DNA of 20,226 nt from an uncultured Nitrososphaerota archaeon (GTDB lineage Archaea; Korarchaeota; Korarchaeia; Korarchaeales; Korarchaeaceae): contig CAZUBM010000028.1 of assembly GCA_964618805.1 (NCBI GenBank), positions 1 to 20,226 of the forward strand, given 5' to 3'. Under the pieces are notes generated by a model. The model saw only the letters and a list, made by a program, of their open reading frames with translations, was not told the origin of the DNA and searched no databases. Shown one piece after another: positions 16,994-20,226 of this stretch (position 1 is the stretch's first letter; every line of letters starts with the position of its first letter). The position numbers and the translations under genes were made by a program.

Positions 16994-17994
16994 CGCTTGA
17001 GATAGAAGAAAACATTCCAAAAGAAGAATTCGAGTTCTTAAACGAACTAAATGCATTGGAGTACGAAGATATCTTTCGATTATCCCTGAACGCGATTTTG
17101 AAAGGGGATATAGATTTACTCATGTTGATTGCTAGATTTAATTGGATCGTCGTATCAAGGGCGCTTTCACAGATTTCCTTAGATGAAATAGCTCCTCAGC
17201 TTGAGTTAGATCCTATAAAAGCCGTGGTGTTGTACCGCTCCACTAGATGGGGAATAAACGAGTCCATGAGGAAGGCCTTCAGGAGGCTCGTGGCAAAAGC
17301 AATAATGAGAGGTGGTAAAAGAATAGTTTCCCGCGTTCGTGGGAAATCGATTAGGGTTAGGAAGTGTTATGAGCCAGGAGATGATTTTGACGTCGAAGAG
17401 ACTATTGAACTTCTCCTCGAGAGCGCATGTTCTCCAAAAATGATAACATACGATCACATCGTGGGAATAGGAAGGATGGAGAGGAAAGCTAAAGCGATAA
17501 TAATTCTTGATACCAGTGGATCAATGAGCGGTGAAAAAATAGCTCATGCTGCGATCTCCGCATCTGTTGCAGCACATCTCCTAAGAGGAGGAGAGCTTTG
17601 TCTTATCACTTTTAACAGCGATGCAGATGTTCGTAAAGCCTCTAGCCCAGCTGAAGCTACTAAGCTAATAGAAGAAATCTTAGATGTCGTCCCGATAGGC
17701 TACACGAACATAAAACGAGCTTTGGAAATAGCAAAGAGAGAAGGAGAGAAGATTAAAGGAGAATACGTTTATCTGCTCATAACAGATGGAAATTACAATG
17801 TTGGGGGAGATCCGAGAGAAATAGCCGCTGATATGAGAAGATTGAATGTGATATTTGCTCCCGGACCAATAGGGAGTACAAGAGGACGGAAAGTTTGTGA
17901 AGATCTTGCTAGACTGGGGAATGGAAGATTTGTCCAGATTGGAAGCTATTCCGAGATCCCATACGTCGTTCCAGACCTTCTTCAAGTTAGGTAA
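16990..17994 (+). CDS. VWA-domain protein, partner of the MoxR ATPase
   Basis: Complete MIDAS: IILDTSGSMSG, GYTN, LITDG; preceded by a helical N-terminal region and FDVEETIE; ATGA overlap with the ATPase stop. Confidence 0.93.
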   Translation: MTLEIEENIPKEEFEFLNELNALEYEDIFRLSLNAILKGDIDLLMLIARFNWIVVSRALSQISLDEIAPQLELDPIKAVVLYRSTRWGINESMRKAFRRLVAKAIMRGGKRIVSRVRGKSIRVRKCYEPGDDFDVEETIELLLESACSPKMITYDHIVGIGRMERKAKAIIILDTSGSMSGEKIAHAAISASVAAHLLRGGELCLITFNSDADVRKASSPAEATKLIEEILDVVPIGYTNIKRALEIAKREGEKIKGEYVYLLITDGNYNVGGDPREIAADMRRLNVIFAPGPIGSTRGRKVCEDLARLGNGRFVQIGSYSEIPYVVPDLLQVR

Positions 17995-18005
17995 AGGAAT
18001 AAAAA
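17993..18005 (+). promoter_or_regulatory. BRE/TATA-like element for tRNA-Leu
   Basis: AAAGGAATAAAAA ending 25 nt before the tRNA 5' end. Confidence 0.55.
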
Positions 18006-18029
18006 TAGAAGTGCCTCATAAGAGAATTG

Positions 18030-18115
18030 GCGGGGGTAGCCAAGCTAGGTCCAAGGCGCCGCCCTTAGGAGGCGGTGGGCGTAGGCCCGCGCGGGTTCAA
18101 ATCCCGCCCCCCGCA
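18030..18115 (+). tRNA. tRNA-Leu, anticodon TAG, no intron, CCA not encoded
   Basis: Acceptor GCGGGGG/CCCCCGC, anticodon arm CCGCC-CTTAGGA-GGCGG, variable arm GGGC-GTAG-GCCC, T arm GCGGG-TTCAAAT-CCCGC, discriminator A at 18115. Confidence 0.97.
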
Positions 18116-18120
18116 CTGTT

Positions 18121-18266
18121 CTAAAGAAGACCAGCCTCCTTAAGTATAGTACGTGCCTATGGGAGATTGCATAATTGCAACTACAGCCACGAAGGATGGA
18201 GCTAGAGCACTTTCCGACGATCCTCATTTTGATATTATCAGGGAAATAAAGCGAGTCTGGATCTAA
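18121..18266 (+). pseudogene. vapC: 5'-truncated, frameshifted PIN-domain (VapC toxin) remnant
   Basis: 18150-18266 reads YVPMGDCIIATTATKDGARALSDDPHFDIIREIKRVWI*, matching the VapC C-terminal pattern D-x-x-I-A-x-T-A..S/T-x-D-x-H-F. In-frame TAG at 18147; LKKTSLLKY lies upstream in another frame; no N-terminal half. Confidence 0.8.
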
Positions 18267-18307
18267 AGCCCCCATAAAATCAGAAGCAATTGAGGAGATG
18301 GAGGAAA

Positions 18308-18341
18308 AAGTTGCTAGAAGATCAGCAACTTGTTTTTAATA
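18308..18341 (+). promoter_or_regulatory. Inverted repeat next to the aminopeptidase TATA box
   Basis: AAGTTGCT-N8-AGCAACTT (18308-18331), then TTTTTAATA (18333-18341) about 27 nt before TTG 18368. Confidence 0.45.
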
Positions 18342-18367
18342 TCGGGAAAGATTAAGTTCTGAGGCAT

Positions 18368-20226
18368 TTGAGGGTTCAGAAAGCTAGGCACTGTTACGTT
18401 CAACTCACATGCATCCTTTTAGTGCTGTTAATGCAAGCCTCGATACTTGAATTTAGGGAAGAAGGGGGCATAGAAAAAAGTCCTAAGTACTGGATCGACC
18501 TCTTTATAGATCAAGAATCAGGAACGCTTAAAGCAAACCAATCTGTTCTCCTTATTCTTCCAAATAAGATGAAAGACGTCCGTTTTAAGGTTTTTCCAAA
18601 TGCATTTAGGCCTGATGGATGGATAGAGATTAAAAACATCAGCGTTGATGGGATTCCCATCGAAAACTTCAGGTTCTTAGAGGAGGACAACACGACTTTG
18701 TCCATACCTCTTCCTCAAGGCATCTCTTATGGGAAATGGGTCAGAGTGAATTTAAGCTACGTAGTTAAGGTTCCAAAAGCTGAGGACAGGTTCGGATATT
18801 ATGAGAGCATAATGGCTTTGGGAAACTGGTTTCCCATACTTGCCGTTCCTGAAGATGGGAATTGGATCTCTCATCCATACGTTAAGATGGGAGAGTCTTT
18901 TTACAGCGAGTGCGCTGACTTCGTCGTCACAATAAAGGCTGAGGGGAATTTGGTCATAGCAGCTACAGGAAGCCTGGTAGAACAGTACAAAAAGGATAAT
19001 ATGACAGTCCAGACATGGAAGGCTGGAAAGGTAAGGGATTTTGCCATAGCTCTAAGCCCTAACTACGAGATTTATAAAACTACATGGGAAAACATCACAA
19101 TATACTCCTATTATCTTCCAGAGCACAAAGAATCAGGGATTCTTGCAGGAGAGATTGCATTAAGGGCATTAGAGGTATTTAGCAGGATTTACGGGAGATA
19201 TCCGTACCTAGAATTCAGGGTTGCAGAGATTAACAGCTGGTTTGGGGGGATGGAGTACCCCACGATCGTGTTCATCTCATCTAAGTTGTACTCAAGAGAA
19301 AAGGCGGACTCCATCATGTGGGACCTCCTTCAAAGGGTCATAGCGCATGAGGTGGCCCATCAGTGGTGGTATGGGGTCATAGGAAATGATCAGTACGAGA
19401 ACCCATGGCTTGATGAAGCCCTTGCAGAGTACTCAGGAATGCTGTACTACAAGTTCGTCTACAATGAAAAGGAGTTCTCCGATGCTTTCCGCAAGTATGT
19501 GTCAAATAGCTATTATGCTTACATAATGAAAGCCGAGGACTTCCCCATCGCAGCTCCTATCGACGATTTTCCATCGGTAGAGGCTTACAATGCTATAGTC
19601 TACTCCAAAGGGGCCATGGTCCTTCGCCTCCTCAATTATCTGATAGGAGATGAGGCTTTCTTCGAGGGACTTAGAACGTACTATGAGGAAAGGAAGTTCG
19701 GAATAGCTAAGCCAGAGGACCTAATAGAAGCCTTTGAGAAAAGCAGCGGGCAGCAACTAGATTGGTTCTTCGAAAGGTGGGTTTTCGGAAGTGGAATACC
19801 TTCTTATGAGGTAATAAATGCAACACTGAGCAGCTTGGATGGAAAGTATGATGTAAGGATCTTCCTTAGGCAAGAAGTATCTAAAGGACCCGCTTTCTCT
19901 CTCCCAGTATCCCTCAAGTTCGTCTGTGAGGACGGCTCAAACTTCTCTTTTTGTAAGTGGGTGAACGATACTACATCAGCTTTCGAGTTTCAGCTCCCAT
20001 GTAAGCCTGTACAATTAATTGTCGATCCAGATGACTTAATCCCTGGGAGAGATCGGGGTTGGATTGGTTTTAAAACCGTTGAGATGAACACTAGATCTAG
20101 AAGATTCCCCTTCACGATTATATTCACATTCATCTTCCTTTCTCTAATCTTGATGCTTGCTTTCTTAGTCTTCAAGCGGCGTTCAAGGATCATGTCTATA
20201 GCGAATAAAATGACTTGCTTAGGCGT
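18368..20226 (+). CDS. Secreted, C-terminally anchored M1-family zinc aminopeptidase (stop codon beyond the window)
   Basis: Translated by hand, frame open from 18356 to the end: hydrophobic N-terminus (LTCILLVLLMQAS), GNWFPILA, VRDFA, GGMEYP, IAHEVAHQWW followed by WLDEALA (HEXXH-x18-E), VYSKGA, C-terminal TM FPFTIIFTFIFLSLILMLAFLVF-KRRSR. Confidence 0.95.
   Translation, partial: MRVQKARHCYVQLTCILLVLLMQASILEFREEGGIEKSPKYWIDLFIDQESGTLKANQSVLLILPNKMKDVRFKVFPNAFRPDGWIEIKNISVDGIPIENFRFLEEDNTTLSIPLPQGISYGKWVRVNLSYVVKVPKAEDRFGYYESIMALGNWFPILAVPEDGNWISHPYVKMGESFYSECADFVVTIKAEGNLVIAATGSLVEQYKKDNMTVQTWKAGKVRDFAIALSPNYEIYKTTWENITIYSYYLPEHKESGILAGEIALRALEVFSRIYGRYPYLEFRVAEINSWFGGMEYPTIVFISSKLYSREKADSIMWDLLQRVIAHEVAHQWWYGVIGNDQYENPWLDEALAEYSGMLYYKFVYNEKEFSDAFRKYVSNSYYAYIMKAEDFPIAAPIDDFPSVEAYNAIVYSKGAMVLRLLNYLIGDEAFFEGLRTYYEERKFGIAKPEDLIEAFEKSSGQQLDWFFERWVFGSGIPSYEVINATLSSLDGKYDVRIFLRQEVSKGPAFSLPVSLKFVCEDGSNFSFCKWVNDTTSAFEFQLPCKPVQLIVDPDDLIPGRDRGWIGFKTVEMNTRSRRFPFTIIFTFIFLSLILMLAFLVFKRRSRIMSIANKMTCLG

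Noticed and set aside
5083-17985. Short antisense or alternate-frame ORFs inside rqcH, CBS genes, ubiA, oxidoreductase, map, tsaC, deoC, moxR and vwa (e.g. 15919-16428)
   Set aside because: They overlap well-supported genes, and most have the Ser/Leu/Ile/Phe-rich composition typical of shadow frames.
1-18115. Similarity between the two tRNA genes as attL/attR of an integrated element
   Set aside because: They are two complete, different tRNAs in opposite orientation, enclose core genes, and no integrase is present.
17897-18275. ORFs 17897-18124 (+) and 18045-18275 (-)
   Set aside because: They read through tRNA-Leu (RVQIPP, RGAGFEPAR are tRNA-derived translations); the region is explained by the tRNA and the vapC remnant.
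18298-18339. 13-codon ORF MEEKVARRSATCF after GAGGAG
   Set aside because: Too short to support; the SD-like sequence directly abuts the ATG and the stretch is better explained as promoter.
18511-20193. Minus-strand ORFs 18511-18705 and 19990-20193
   Set aside because: Antisense to the continuous M1 aminopeptidase frame.
1-20226. CRISPR arrays, IS elements, tRNA introns, selenocysteine or pyrrolysine read-through
   Set aside because: No regularly spaced repeats, transposase motifs or terminal repeats; both anticodon loops are uninterrupted; no in-frame stops inside conserved genes.

Overview
Gene-dense, roughly 40% GC housekeeping region of a TACK-type archaeon. A Korarchaeota-like thermophile is my best guess and is inference only. 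In order: tRNA-Ser(TGA); a shortened S10-type cluster (rpl3-rpl4-rpl23-rpl2-rps19, minus strand); archease; an EMC6-like membrane protein with an extra C-terminal domain; rqcH/NEMF followed by three CBS-domain genes; DGGGP synthase; a Gfo/Idh/MocA oxidoreductase; a two-unit tRNA splicing endonuclease; map; tsaC-kae1-cmk-deoC; a MoxR AAA+/VWA pair; tRNA-Leu(TAG); a decayed vapC (PIN) fragment; and a membrane-anchored M1 aminopeptidase that runs off the window end. The last two are missing from the ORF track. Best leads: (1) a candidate -1 programmed frameshift (A_AAT_TTT plus a GC hairpin, open -1 frame) that would fuse the MoxR ATPase to its VWA partner; (2) the EMC6-like protein with a sequon-bearing, probably extracellular domain; (3) coupling of rqcH to a CBS triplet; (4) a fused EndA carrying a crenarchaeal-specific-loop-like insertion. 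Family calls come from reading motifs by eye; no searches were run.
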